Shown: one piece after another, positions 49,860 to 61,640 of the stretch
Position numbering within the stretch: the stretch's first letter is position 1
Layout of the letters: each line of letters begins with the position of its first letter
Position numbers and translations under genes: made by a program
DNA from: Squalus acanthias
Lineage: Eukaryota
NCBI GenBank assembly: GCA_030390025.1
Contig: CM059438.1
Span: 61,320,001-61,384,000, forward strand
Length of the DNA stretch: 64,000 nucleotides
Reading direction: 5' to 3'
The notes under the pieces: model-generated
What the model saw: only the letters and a program-made list of their open reading frames with translations
What the model was told of the DNA's origin: nothing
Database searches by the model: none

Positions 49860-50285
49860 GCAGAAGCCATACAGCACTAGATGGGAGTGAATTATTCTGC
49901 CGTGTACATGTACAGGAGCTTTGACTGAGACATGGATAACCCATACAGAAGCAGATGGGAGTGAATTATTCCGTTGCTTACTCTGTACTGTCCCTAGGAA
50001 AGAGTTGGCATTGAAATACAGAAGATCTGCACATCAGACAAGAGGGAATAGCCCCCTTTTTTACCTGGTGTGTACTATGCACATGCAGGACCCAACTGTG
50101 AGATACACATGAGCCATACAAAACCATACAGAAATCAATTGTTCTCTTTTACCCTGTAGGTACTGTACATGTACAGGAACTGACACCAAGGCACACACGA
50201 ACCAAACAGTATGAGACAGTAGTGAATCATTCCCTTTTACCCTGTCTGTAGTGTACTTGTACAGGAACTGACACTGTGACATATA
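49860..50285. repeat. Old degenerate tandem repeat with ~75-95-bp units
   Basis: Recurring CCATACAG..AGATGGGAGTGAATTATT and TTTTACCCTG..GTACAGGAACTGACAC. Confidence 0.6.
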
Positions 50286-51509
50286 TTAAACATCCAGAAC
50301 TGGACTTAGTGTTAGAACTGAAACAGTTTAACATTAGAGCCTAGATTTTGAACGCCACCTGTCTCTCCACATATTAGAAAGTCACGGGCAAGGTGTCCAT
50401 GGTTTTCATCGGAGCAGAATGTGGCTCTACGTTTAATCATTGGAAGACGTCAACAATATTAACATCACTCGACTGGAGTTCAGAGTTCAGAATGTGAAGG
50501 AAGGAATGATTCCTCTGTTGCTTTAGGTGACGCCTTGGTTTAATAAACACATCAAGATTAATGATCCAATTAATAAAGGACAGATGGCAGTGCAGGAAGT
50601 GTGCCAATGGGTTTAAATTACTAAACTGCACAGTGATGGATCCAGGAATGCTACAGTCTAGACCTGTTCAACAAACTCGCTCACAAATAAAACGTCTTTG
50701 CCTGTATGAGTTCAATTGCAGAGTATTAGGATTTTTTTTAAAGGCTCTTTGTGCTCATTTAATGCTTGTCTCTGGTGTACCTGACATGCGTGTGATGATT
50801 GTGATTGTTTTCTAAGCTTGCTTTCTTCACCATGACATATGAACAAGTAATACCACTAATCAGAACGGGGAGTGCAGGTGGCTGTCGGAAATGAAGAAAC
50901 CTTTCCTGAGAAACAGACTAAGTACAGAATAAGAGGGGGGGAGGGGCGGGGGTGCGTAGATTTTGACTCTCAACGTGGACAGAAATCAGACGGTAGCAGA
51001 TTGAGTGTTGTTGCACCTGTGGGGCACCAAATCAGAAGCACAGGAGCTCTTAAAGGGCTGTTGCACTCTTAAAGGTGAAATATATTTATGTTGGAGCTTG
51101 TTAATGGATAACATGGCTGGAAAATGTCTCTGAACTTCTTTGAATAGAGTCAGAGGTTTTATTGAAGGAGGTGGCCTTGAGGAAACTGTCAATTTTTGGG
51201 TCTGCAGTCGATATTCTCTTGGCCTGAGCATCACTGCTCACTCCCGTTAGTGGACCTCATGTCCCCTACGATGAGAAGTACACCTTTACAACCCATATCT
51301 AAACAATAGCATGACCCAGGGGTGTAATATAGACCCCTTGCTGCATGTAATGAATACTATGATCTCACGCCTGCCACTACATGTGCTATGTCTTTATGGA
51401 CGACTGACTGAACGTCATTTTAGTGAGGCATGATTATAAGCCAACAAATTTGTTTATTTTACACAGTACAGTTTTCACAGCAAGATTCATCAGTGCTCTC
51501 ATACACTTT

Positions 51510-52334
51510 GGGCAGAATTTTCATTGAGCCGTGGAGGCGAGTTTGGAGGCGGGAATGGATTGAAAATAGCTGAATCGGGGGTCCCGACCCCATCCCGCCC
51601 CCAACCCGCCTCCATGCCAGTTTCGCAGGAGGCGGGTACCCGACCTGTGCTGGGACCCGCCTCCCCGAGGCGGGAAGGGGATTAGTGGCAATAAACTGCC
51701 TGTTAACAGGTAGTTAACAGGCAGTTTTTTGCCTAATCCCTATTTTTATGCCTGAAATGTGGGCTCTCCGACAGGTCCTAACCATACCGTTTCAGCGAGG
51801 GGTTGGAGGGGTCGATATGTCCGATGGGCAGATGAGTGATGGGTGCATGTGTGCAGAGGTAAGTGTGTAAGGTAAGTGTAAAGTGTGGAAAAAAGTTTTA
51901 CTTACCTTAACTTCCTCCTGCAGGTGTCAGCCCTTCAGGTCTCGGGAGTCAGAAATCTCACCGGCACAGAAAGCAGAATGGCCGTTGAGCTGTCAAAAGC
52001 TGCAGCCTCTGCTTTTTGTTCTGCAGAGATCTCTAAATCAGCCTGAGAGGAAGGAATTAACTTAGAGTACAGATTGTCAGTGTTTGACAGCTTCAAAGAG
52101 CTGTCAAATGCTGATATTTCATTTGTCAAAAGCTCTTGACAGATGAAATGTCAATCTGTGATGTCACCTGTTGCCGGGTGGCCCTTAATTGGCCTGCTGA
52201 GCCCGCTGGGCGGGCTCAACAAGGTCAATCAAGTGAAAATACAGTGGGTTGGCCACAAGTCGATGGAGGCGGGTCTACAACCCAAAAAGTGGGAGTCCCG
52301 CCTCCATCCCGTCCCCAGTTTCAAAATCCAGCCC
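51510..52334. mobile_element. Harbinger-type MITE, 825 bp
   Basis: Ends GGGCAGAATTTT and AAAATCCAGCCC, TSD TTT, with subterminal GGAGGCGGG/CCCGCCTCC repeats. Confidence 0.75.
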
Positions 52335-52504
52335 TTTGTATCATAAAAATAAATACAATACGCAAGCTCTACGATTGCTCAAAGCAAAATTCACTTTCAA
52401 GCTAGGTGTCCTTAAGCTAAGTGCTACTATACTTGGGTTACAAGCACTCCAGGTTCATGCTGCCATTCTGGAGCCTCTGTGTGTCTCTCTGACTGACTCA
52501 CATT

Positions 52505-53243
52505 GGGCCGGATTTTCTGATCGGAGGCTTCCTGCACTTACCTGTTGGCTCCGTAGGTCCCAAGACTTGCGATCCTGGGCCGCTCCACTACGAAATGCGC
52601 AGAGGCCCAGGTATCCCAGGGACGCAGGCGGTTGGCAAGCGCTCCTGGGATCACGTGGGCCATGGGGAACCAATCAAAGAAGGGAATCCCCCTTTACACT
52701 TTTGACAGGTCCCTACGCACGGAACTGTCAAAAGTATGAATGGGGTTCACTTTAAAAACATAGTTAAACATTAAATATATTTTTTTTTAAATCACATATT
52801 TAAAATTAGTTAAAATTGCATTAAATTAAATATTTTAAACAAAAATTTTATTTTTTGAAAAAAATAATTAAAGTTTTTTACGGGGCTAAAAATAAACTTA
52901 CCTTTTTAAAAAGTATTTTTAAATTATAAATGAGTGGGAAAAAAAATATTTTTTAATTTTTTTAAACTCTTATGCTGGTAAAAGCAGGCCTTACGCTTTT
53001 ACCAGGTGTAAGATTTTTAAAGGTTTTCAGCGGGCGGAGGTTGTGCAGAAAGCGGAACTCCCTGCCCGCGGAAGCCCTTCTCCAGGGCAGGCGGAGGATC
53101 TGTCAAGAGGATTCTCGACAGATCGCAAGTGCCGGGTTTTAGCGCATGCGCTTCGCATGCCTGAAACCGGCACTTGCGAGGCTCCTGTGTGTGCGTACAC
53201 ACCTTGTACACACCCGTGGGGGGAGGAGCGGAAAATCCGGCCC
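52505..53243. mobile_element. Harbinger-type MITE, 739 bp
   Basis: Perfect 13-bp TIR GGGCCGGATTTTC, TSD ATT, with GC-rich arms around an AT-rich core. Confidence 0.85.
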
Positions 53244-53679
53244 ATTGATTCTCCAGAGAGGAGGAGCACCCCAATGAGCAGAATCTATTGCAACCAATGG
53301 GATGCACAAGAGCCCAGGGTCAGAGGAACAGAGAGTTCTGGGGAAGTGGGTTGTAGGGCTAAATGCCAGCAGAAGGTCACCAAATAAATGAAGGAAAATG
53401 GTGCAGCAATGGCCTAAGTACTATTGAATTAATCTTCTCACTTGAAACTTACTTCTGTACACAGCTCAGCAAAGGCCAGAAAAGGCTTGGGAGATCCCAG
53501 TACTCCACTCCCGTGTTATCGGAATATTATAATGAAGTTGCCGTCTGTTTCAGACAGGAGTTTCCTCTAACCACTTCCTGGCTACCAGAAGTAGACTTCA
53601 GGGCCTGGATTGTCCTCTGAATTACTGCCCATTTTGGGGTGGGTTAGAGGAACAGAGGAAAATGTGATTTTAAAGGTTA

Positions 53680-55450
53680 ACATGGGAACATAGGAACAGG
53701 AGTAGACCATTCAGCCCCTCGAGCCATTCAGCCATTCCATTAGATCATGGGTGATCTGTATCTTAACTCCAGTTACCCGCCTTGGTTCCGTAACCCTTAA
53801 TACCCTTGCCCAATAAAAATCTATCAATCTCAGTTTTGATATTTTCAATTGACCCCCCCCAGCCTCAACAGCTTTTTGGGGGAGAGAGTTCCAGATTTCC
53901 ACTACCTTTTGTATGAAGAAGTACTCCCTGACATCACCCCTGAATGGCCTCGCTCTACTTTTAAGGTTCTGGGCTCTCCCACCAGAAGGAATATTTTCTC
54001 TCTATCTACCACATCAAATCTTTTAATCATCTTAAACACCTCAGTTAGATCACTCCTCAATCTTCTATATTCAGCAGAATACGAAAGCCTAGTCTATGCA
54101 ACCTGTCCTCATAATTTAACCCTTTTAGCGCCGGTACCGTTCTGGTGAATCTGTACTGCACCCTCTCCAAGGCCAGCATATCCTTCCTGATGTGCGGTGC
54201 CCAGAACTGAATACAGTTCTCCAGATGGGGTCTAACCAGAACTTCATATAATTGTAACATAACTTCCACCCCTTTGTATTCCAGCTCCCTTGAGATAAAG
54301 GCCATTTTTTGTACCTGTCCACCAGGTTTTAGTGATTTCTGTACCTGGACCCCTAAATCTCTCTGCTCCTCCATAGTTCCTAACTTCACACCATTTAGAA
54401 AATACCCTGGTCTATCTTTCTTAAGTCCAAAGTGAATGACCTCACACTTCCCCACATTAAACTGCATCTGCCACAGTTTTGCCCACTCACAATCTACTAA
54501 TGTCCCTTTGCAACTTTCGGCTCCCAGCTACACTATTTACTGTGCCACCTAACTTGGTGTCATCAGCAAACTTGGAAATACGCCTCTCTATTCCTTCGTC
54601 TAAGACATTTATAAAAATAGTGAAAAGCTGTGGCCCCAGTACAGATTCCTGGGGGACACCGCCAGTCACTTCCTGCCAATTTGAATATATACCCATTATC
54701 CCTACTCTCTGTCTCCTACCTCCGAACCAATTCACTACCCATGTCAGTAGATTACCTCCAAAGCCATGGGATCTCATTTCCGTTTTATACAACTGAAATA
54801 TAACTTCCTCCCCTTTGTAATCCAGCCCCCGTGAGATAAAGGCCAAAATTCCATTGGCCTGCTTGATTACTTTTTGTACCTCTCTACTGGCTTTCAATGA
54901 TTTTTGTACTGGACTCCCAAATCTCTCTGCTCCTCCACAGCTCCTAGACTCTCACTATTTAGAAAATGCTTTGCTTTACCTTTCTCAGCTGCAAAGTGGG
55001 TGACCTCACACCACTATGACGTAAGAAAACTACTAGGCACTTGGTCTAAGCGTTAAACAAAGCTTTAATCAACTGTTTTTCAACGAGGAGATCTAGTTGT
55101 GTCCTTCATAGTTCCTGTTAAAGAATGTCCTGAGCAAGCTGGGCCCATGCCCGAGTATTTATACTCTCCCTGGACAGCGCCGCCAGCAGGCCGCCCAGTG
55201 TTATTTCATAAGTCATTTCCACATGAATGACAAGATTCATGCCACACTACATTGAACTCCACTGGTACAGTTTTGCCCACTCACTTAAACTGTCGAAGTC
55301 CTTCTGTAACTTCCTGATCCCATCTACAGAACTTACTGTGCCTCCTAACAAAGTGTCAGCTGCAAACATGGATATATAACTGTCTATTCCTGCATCCAAG
55401 TCATTGATATATTTATATTGAAAAGCTGAAGCCTCAGTACAGATCTTCAA
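53680..55450 (-). mobile_element. Stacked CR1 fragments
   Basis: ORFs 54057..54467, 54487..54897 (GVPQESVLGP, FADD) and 55247..55522. The RT segment occurs twice. Confidence 0.88.
55015..55246 (-). mobile_element. Probable short solo LTR (Gypsy-like) inside CR1
   Basis: Non-CR1 insert with ends TATGAC...GCCACA and flanks CCAC/CTAC. The minus strand has TATAAATA followed by ATTAAA. Confidence 0.5.
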
Positions 55451-55588
55451 ATCTGTCACAAAATTGAATTTTTGCCATTGAATTTTGAGGCTGAGCTTTT
55501 TTAGCTGTGCGCACAGTGACATTTGCCCTTAAAGGAAATTGGGTGAGTGTACGGGCATTGCAATATTTTGAGAAAGTAATCTACTGAC

Positions 55589-56098
55589 AGTGTTTTCGCT
55601 CAGGCCAACATCCCCAGCATCGAAGCTTTGACCACGCTCGATCAGCTCCGGTGGACGGGCCACATCGTCCGCATGCCCGATACGAGACTCCCAAAACAAG
55701 CGCTCTACTCGGAGCTCCAACATAGCAAGAGAGCCCAGATGGGCAGAGGGAAACGCTTCAAGGACACCCTCAAAGCCTCCGTGAAAAAGTGCAACATCCC
55801 CACCGACACCTGGGAATCTCTGGCCCAAGACCGCACAAAGTGGAGGAGAAGCATCCGGGAAGGCGCCGAACACCTCGAGTCACTTCGCCGGGAGCAAGCG
55901 GAAGCCAAGCGCAAACAGCGGAAGGAGCGCACGTCAACCCAAGCACCCCACCCACCCGCCCCTTCAACCACCATCTGCCCCACCTGTGACAGAGACTGTA
56001 GGTCCCACATTGGACTCATCAGTCACCTAAGAACTCATTTTTAGCATGGAAGCAAGTCATCCTCGGTTCCGAGGGACTGCCTAAGCCTAAGAGAAGAG
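55589..56098 (+). mobile_element. RTE-clade LINE 3' fragment
   Basis: QLRWTGHIVRMPDTRLPKQALYSEL...RFKDTLK, C-terminal CPTC...HLRTH, and a short AAG-rich tail. Confidence 0.92.
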
Positions 56099-56716
56099 AC
56101 TTTGAGAAAGTACAAGAAGCTGAAACTACACATGATGAGCTTGCCCAGTCGTTACCAACCTTCTTTTGCCAGCTCGCCCTCTCCTATAGGCTCTCATGGC
56201 CATCTGCCTATGACACCTAACGCCTCCTCTTCTCGGGGACTCAAGTTACGATGGTCTTCACCCCAGTTACCTTTCTGCAGCGCTGGTTGAATGCTTTTTT
56301 GTTTCTTTGGAGGGAGAGAAGACAATGGCCCAGAAACTCCTCACTACTGCTCTCGCTCCGTCACCGTGACCTCAACAGAAGAGTGGTGGAAACTGCGGTT
56401 ACACCGCGTAAACACGTGATACACTTCCGCTGGAGTTATGGCGGTGGAGAGAAAGGAGCTCCGAGGAATATCTGGGTCAATGTTACAGGGACGTGTGTAT
56501 CACGGAGACCTGCCCCATATGAGGCCATGATGACGAGGTGAAGATGCCTTGTCCCTTTAAAAGAAGTGCCCTTGAAGACTAACAGAAGCCCTTGTGCAAG
56601 GTGCAGTGAGCTGAGGGCGTGGTTTTGAGTGAAGAATGTGCTTGAGTGCTTAGTGAGGTTTCCCTTAGCAGGAAGGGAGTTTCCCTGACACCCACATGCC
56701 AAGAGCGAAAGATTAT

Positions 56717-57406
56717 GGGGGAAAAATTCGGTCGCGCCCCCTTTGGGGCGCATACTTTGCCGGGTGGGGGGTACTTTTAGCGCCACAAAAAAGTTAGCGC
56801 TCCTGAGCCGTAAATTGAGTGGTAGCACCCCAAGCAGGGGGCGGGGCGTTACTAGAAGCGCTCCCCCTCCGACCTGGGGCACTCCCATTCAATATCGCGG
56901 CACTACACGCAACAGTGCCACGTGAATCGGCACATAGCGCCGCGGTACTGCAGGCCTCCCTCCCCTGATTAAAGGGGAGGGGCCTAGCACTGCGCGCACC
57001 GGGGCCCTGCTGGACCACCGGGGAGCGATCGCAGCCGGCACCCCACAGGAGGAAGCGAAAGGGGGCAGTTGCTGGCAGGCGGCCCAAAAAAAATGGCTGC
57101 CCGGCACCTGCCCTTTAACTTGCGCCGCCGCGGCTGCAAAACGCCACCCTGACCTTGTCGGACATAGCGTCCAGCGGTAAGTCAGGGAGCGCGACCGAAG
57201 TTTGCGGCCGGGGCGCGAGTGGAGCGCTGCGCATGACGATGACGTCATCGCCAGAGGCACAGCACCGCGGGACGCTACCGGCTACCGCCCCCACAAACCT
57301 CCCTCTGAATTTCACGAGTGGCGTTAGTGGCGCCGCGCCCAGGCTCTAGGGGCTTTGCGCCCTGTTAGCGCCCCCCGGGGGCACAAAGCAACCCAATTTT
57401 TCCCCC
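56717..57406. mobile_element. Harbinger MITE related to 18777-23010, 690 bp
   Basis: 12-bp TIR GGGGGAAAAATT with flanks TAT/TAA. It shares GGTCGCGCCCC..TTTGGGGCGCA, TTAGCGCC motifs and TGACGTCA with the autonomous element. Confidence 0.85.
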
Positions 57407-57551
57407 TAAGAGTGGTAGAGGATGGCCAGAATGGCCTAGCTCTAATTTCAAGATTATGCCCCCACCAGAGGAAATAGTTTCTCTATATCTACCCTATCAA
57501 ATCCTTTTAACATTTTAAACACCTCAATAAGTTCACCCCTCAATCTTCTGT

Positions 57552-58243
57552 TCTTCTTCTTCTTCTTAGGCAGTCCCTCGGAACCGAGGATGACTTGCTT
57601 CCACATTAAAAATGAGTTCTCAGGTAACTGAGGAGTCCAATGCGGGACCTACAGTCTCTGTCACAGGTGGGGCAGACGGTGGTTGAAGGGGCGGGTGGGT
57701 GGGGTGCTTGGGTTGACGTGCGCTCCTTCCGCTGTTTGCGCTTGGCTTCCGCTTGCTCCCGGCGAAGAGACTCGAGGTGTTCGGCGCCTTCCCGGATGCT
57801 TCTCCTCCACTTTGTGCGGCCTTAGGCCAGGGATTCCCAGGTGTCAGTGGGGATGTTGCACTTTTTCAAAGAGGCTTTGAGGGTGTCCTTGAAGAGTTTC
57901 CTCTGCCCACCTGGGGCTCTCTTGCCGTGTCGGAGCTCCGAGTAGAGCGCTTGTTTTGGGAGTTTCGTATCGGGCATGCGGACGATGTGACCCATCCATC
58001 GGAGCTGATTGAACGTGGTCAAAGCTTCGATGCTGAGGATGTTGGCCTGAGTGAGAACACTGACGTTGGTGCGCCTATCCTGCCAATGGATCTTGCGGAG
58101 GCAGCGTTGGTGGTACCTCTCCAATGCTTTGAGGTGCCTGCTGTACATGGTCCATGTCTCTGAAGCATACAGCAGGGCGGGAATCACTACTACTCTGAAC
58201 TTGGTGCCGGGTTTGAGGTCCTGGTCTTCAAACACTCTCTTCA
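57552..58243 (-). mobile_element. RTE-clade LINE 3' fragment inserted into CR1 sequence
   Basis: LLYASETWT and QLRWMGHIVRMPD, with a (GAA)n tail. It is an inverted near-copy of 55589-56098. Confidence 0.92.
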
Positions 58244-58974
58244 TAATAGTATCTACCCTATCAAATCTTTTTAACATTTTAAACACCTCAATAAGATCAC
58301 CCCTCAATCTTCTGTACTCAGGGAATACATGACTTACCTCGGCCACCCTTTGTGAGGCCATCGAACCTCTTCCTGCATTGGTGTGGCAGCTCTTGGGGTG
58401 TTGGAGGTTGCACTGCCTGCATCTGCCACCTCCCTCCACACGCGTGCACCACCCTCTCATGGGGCCTACTGCCCTCAGTGCCCTTCACTCCTACCAGCTG
58501 CAGCTCCACTGAGCCATTGGTAACTCTGGGGGGTTCTTTGACCTGCAGCCACCCCTAGGCTGCTGCTCCTTCTGCCATCCCGCTGGGGAAGTGATGCCGC
58601 CCTTCAACAGGCCACAGCCTTTTACAGGCTGCACCAGAACCGTATTCCCCTCCCTTCCAGCGGTGGGCAGTTTGCTGGCCTCCAAATCAATGGCTAATGA
58701 GTGTTCTGGAAGGACAGTGCGGCAGGTTAGCAGTGCTTTCCCATTGGTGGTTGCTATGGTCGTCCTGTTGCAAATCCGCCAACAGAAGAGTTCCGGCCCA
58801 CGTGCAATAGGATGGGTTGGCGGGAGGCGGGGGGGGGGGGGGGGGGCGGGACGAAGACACAACACTATGGATGTCCACATCGTTTTTTTGTGCCGTAACT
58901 CCCCGTGAGCCAGCACACACGGAGTATTCACAAGACAAAAATCAGCCCAACTCATTTTTTAAGTTTTATCGCCT

Positions 58975-59541
58975 GTCTTGCCATCCACCACAAAGATGTC
59001 GTTCTTTCATACTATTCCAACACTCTCCTGGCCGGCCTCCCATCTTTCACCCTCTGTAAACCTCAGTTCATCCAAAACTCTGCTGCCCGTATCCTAACTC
59101 GCACCAAGTCTCGTTCACCCATCCCCCCTGTGCTCGCTGACCTACGCTGACTCCCGATCCGGCAATATCTCAGTTTTAAAATTCTCATCTTTGTTTTAAC
59201 ATCCCTCCATGTAGTCTCCTTGTCCCTATCTCTGTAACCTCTTCCAGCCCTGCAACCCTCCGAGATCTCTGCACTCCTCTAACTCTGGCCTCTTGCGGAT
59301 CCCCGATTTCCTTCGCCCCTCCATTGGCGGCCGTGCCTTCAGCTGCCGAGGCCCTAAGCTCTGGAATTCCCTCTTTAAACCTCTCCACCTCTCTCTCCTC
59401 CTTTAAGACATCCCACCAAGCTTTTGGTCACCTGTCCTAATATCTCCTCATATGGTATCAAATATTGGCTGATAACGCCCCTGTAAAGCACCTTGGGACG
59501 TTTAACTATGTTAAAGGCGCTATATAAATGCAAGTTGTTGT
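58975..59541 (+). mobile_element. L2 3' fragment
   Basis: YSNTLLAGLP...IQNSAARILT, with a GCAAGTTGTTG tail. Confidence 0.9.
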
Positions 59542-60418
59542 CATCACATTGCTGATCGCAACTACAGTGCTAAAAAATTTTAAATGTTAAAGTAAAAACT
59601 CAAAGACTTCAAGGTGGCTGATGTTCAACCGAGTTTTCAAAATGGCTCCAGTTGTTACTCTTACACAAGGACTGCATCTATCTGGGAACAAGAAGAGTTA
59701 AGCTCACTGTCCCTTTAAATGTAGCTGTGCAGGTTCCAAAGGGAGATAGAGTGAGCTCACTTGTGTTCCGTCTCACTGCCAGCATCCACTCAGCATGACT
59801 ACTGCCGAAATATTTCACATCAATTTTCCCATAATGAAGGTTCCAGGCATTTTACGCTCGGTCGGGGACAAGGGTTTGTGATTAAGCCATGGCGCCTGGT
59901 GCCTTATTTGAGCATCAGGCATGCTGGAGGGTTCATTATGACCATTGGCAGCGAGGCTGTAAAGGGACCTGAGGTCATCCAGGAATGTGAGCATTTACCA
60001 AGAATTACGTCACAGTGAGATTAGTACCAATGTCATTGTAAGTGCCTCAGTAACACTCAGAAAGCACAATGTTGCAATCCATAATCTGTTTGAATTAAGT
60101 TTCCGAACATGATCCGATATCCATAATGAATGAGAAAGTGTTTATGTACCAAACTTCACACTGAAACAATTGCTGGCGCGGCAAAACCTTCCAAAGGTTA
60201 CATGCCCTCATGATCGTTATTTGCATAATTGGTGCACTCTTCCTTGGCCAACATAATACCCAGGCTTCAACAAACTCTGCTTCCTGGAGTCAGTTCATAT
60301 AACAATGAAATTAAATTAACGCGTAAAGTAGGTCTTCAGGCACAAGGCACATCCCATCTCACTGTGGCAACTTTAGATGAGGTAGGTAACTGAGAGAAAA
60401 GGATACCCATTAGTCTAT

Positions 60419-60850
60419 AAAGAAAGATAGCCTTGCATTTATATAGCACCTTTCACTACCTCATGATGTCCCATGGCACTTTACAACCAATGAATTACCT
60501 TTGAAGTGTAGTCACTGTTATAATGTAGGAAATGCAGCAGCCAATTTTCACACAGCTCCCGCAACCAAAGTGATAATGACCAGATAATCAATTTTAGTGA
60601 TGTTGATTGAGGGATAAATATTGGCCAGGACACTGGGAAGAACTCCCCTGCTCTTCTTCAAATAGGGCCATGGGACCTTTTGCATCCACCTGAGAGAGCA
60701 GATGGAGTTTCGGTTTAATGTCTCACCTGAAAGACGGCACCTCCAACACTGCAGCATTCCCTCAGTACTGCACTGGAGAGTCAGCCTAGATTTTTCTGTG
60801 CACGTCCCTGCAGAAGGGCTTGAACCCACAACATTCTGACTCAGAGGCAA
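60419..60850 (-). mobile_element. Deu-domain SINE
   Basis: Matches the family; the head is truncated. Confidence 0.85.
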
Positions 60851-61197
60851 GTTAAAGTGGTTGTCAGGCACATCCCTGCTCATTGTGCCAACTTTAGATG
60901 AGGTGGTATCTAAGAGCAAAGGATAGCCATCAGTCTATAGCACCATGACTCCAGTACACTGCGTAAGCGTGTCGCTCAGAGTCATTCATCTTTTGAACAC
61001 AATTTGACATTTTCAGCTTTCTGAAGATTTCTGTTCTCACTACTTTTTGCCCCTCCCTTCTTCTCCCCTCACCTCTTTCTGTTACATTATTATATTACAT
61101 TAAATTTAAGTAAATTACATTAATGTGAATTCAGTTAAACAGACTGCCATGCAGCACAGTGAATGGGCACTCCGTTAAACAGACTGTCACTCAGTAC

Positions 61198-61640
61198 AGT
61201 GTGGTTCAGTGGTAGCACTCTCGCCTCTGAGTCAGACGGTTGTGGTTCAAGTCCCTTGAACACAAAATCTAGGCTGACACTCCAGTGCAGTGCTGAGGGA
61301 GTGCTGCACTGTCGGAGGTGCCGTCTTTTGGATGAGACGTTAAACCGAGGCCCCGTCTGCTCGCTCAGGTGGATGCAAAAGATCCCATGGCACTATTTCG
61401 AAGATGAGCTGGGGAGTTCTCCTCGGTGTCCTGGCCAATATTTATCCTTCAACCAACATCACCAAAACAGATTATCTGGTCATTATCTCATTGCTGTTTG
61501 TCGGATCTTACGTATACATTGCCATGTTTCCTACATTACAACAATGACTACACTTCAAAAAAAAGGACTTCATTGGCTGTAAAGTGCTTTGGGACATCCT
61601 GAGGTCATGGAAGGTGCTAGAGAAATGCAAGTCTTTCTTT
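61198..61640 (+). mobile_element. Deu-domain SINE, near full length
   Basis: tRNA-like head (CAGTGGTAGCACTCTCGCCTCTGAGTCAGA...GGTTCAAGTCC), Deu core, and tail GCAAGTCTTTCTTT. Confidence 0.9.
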
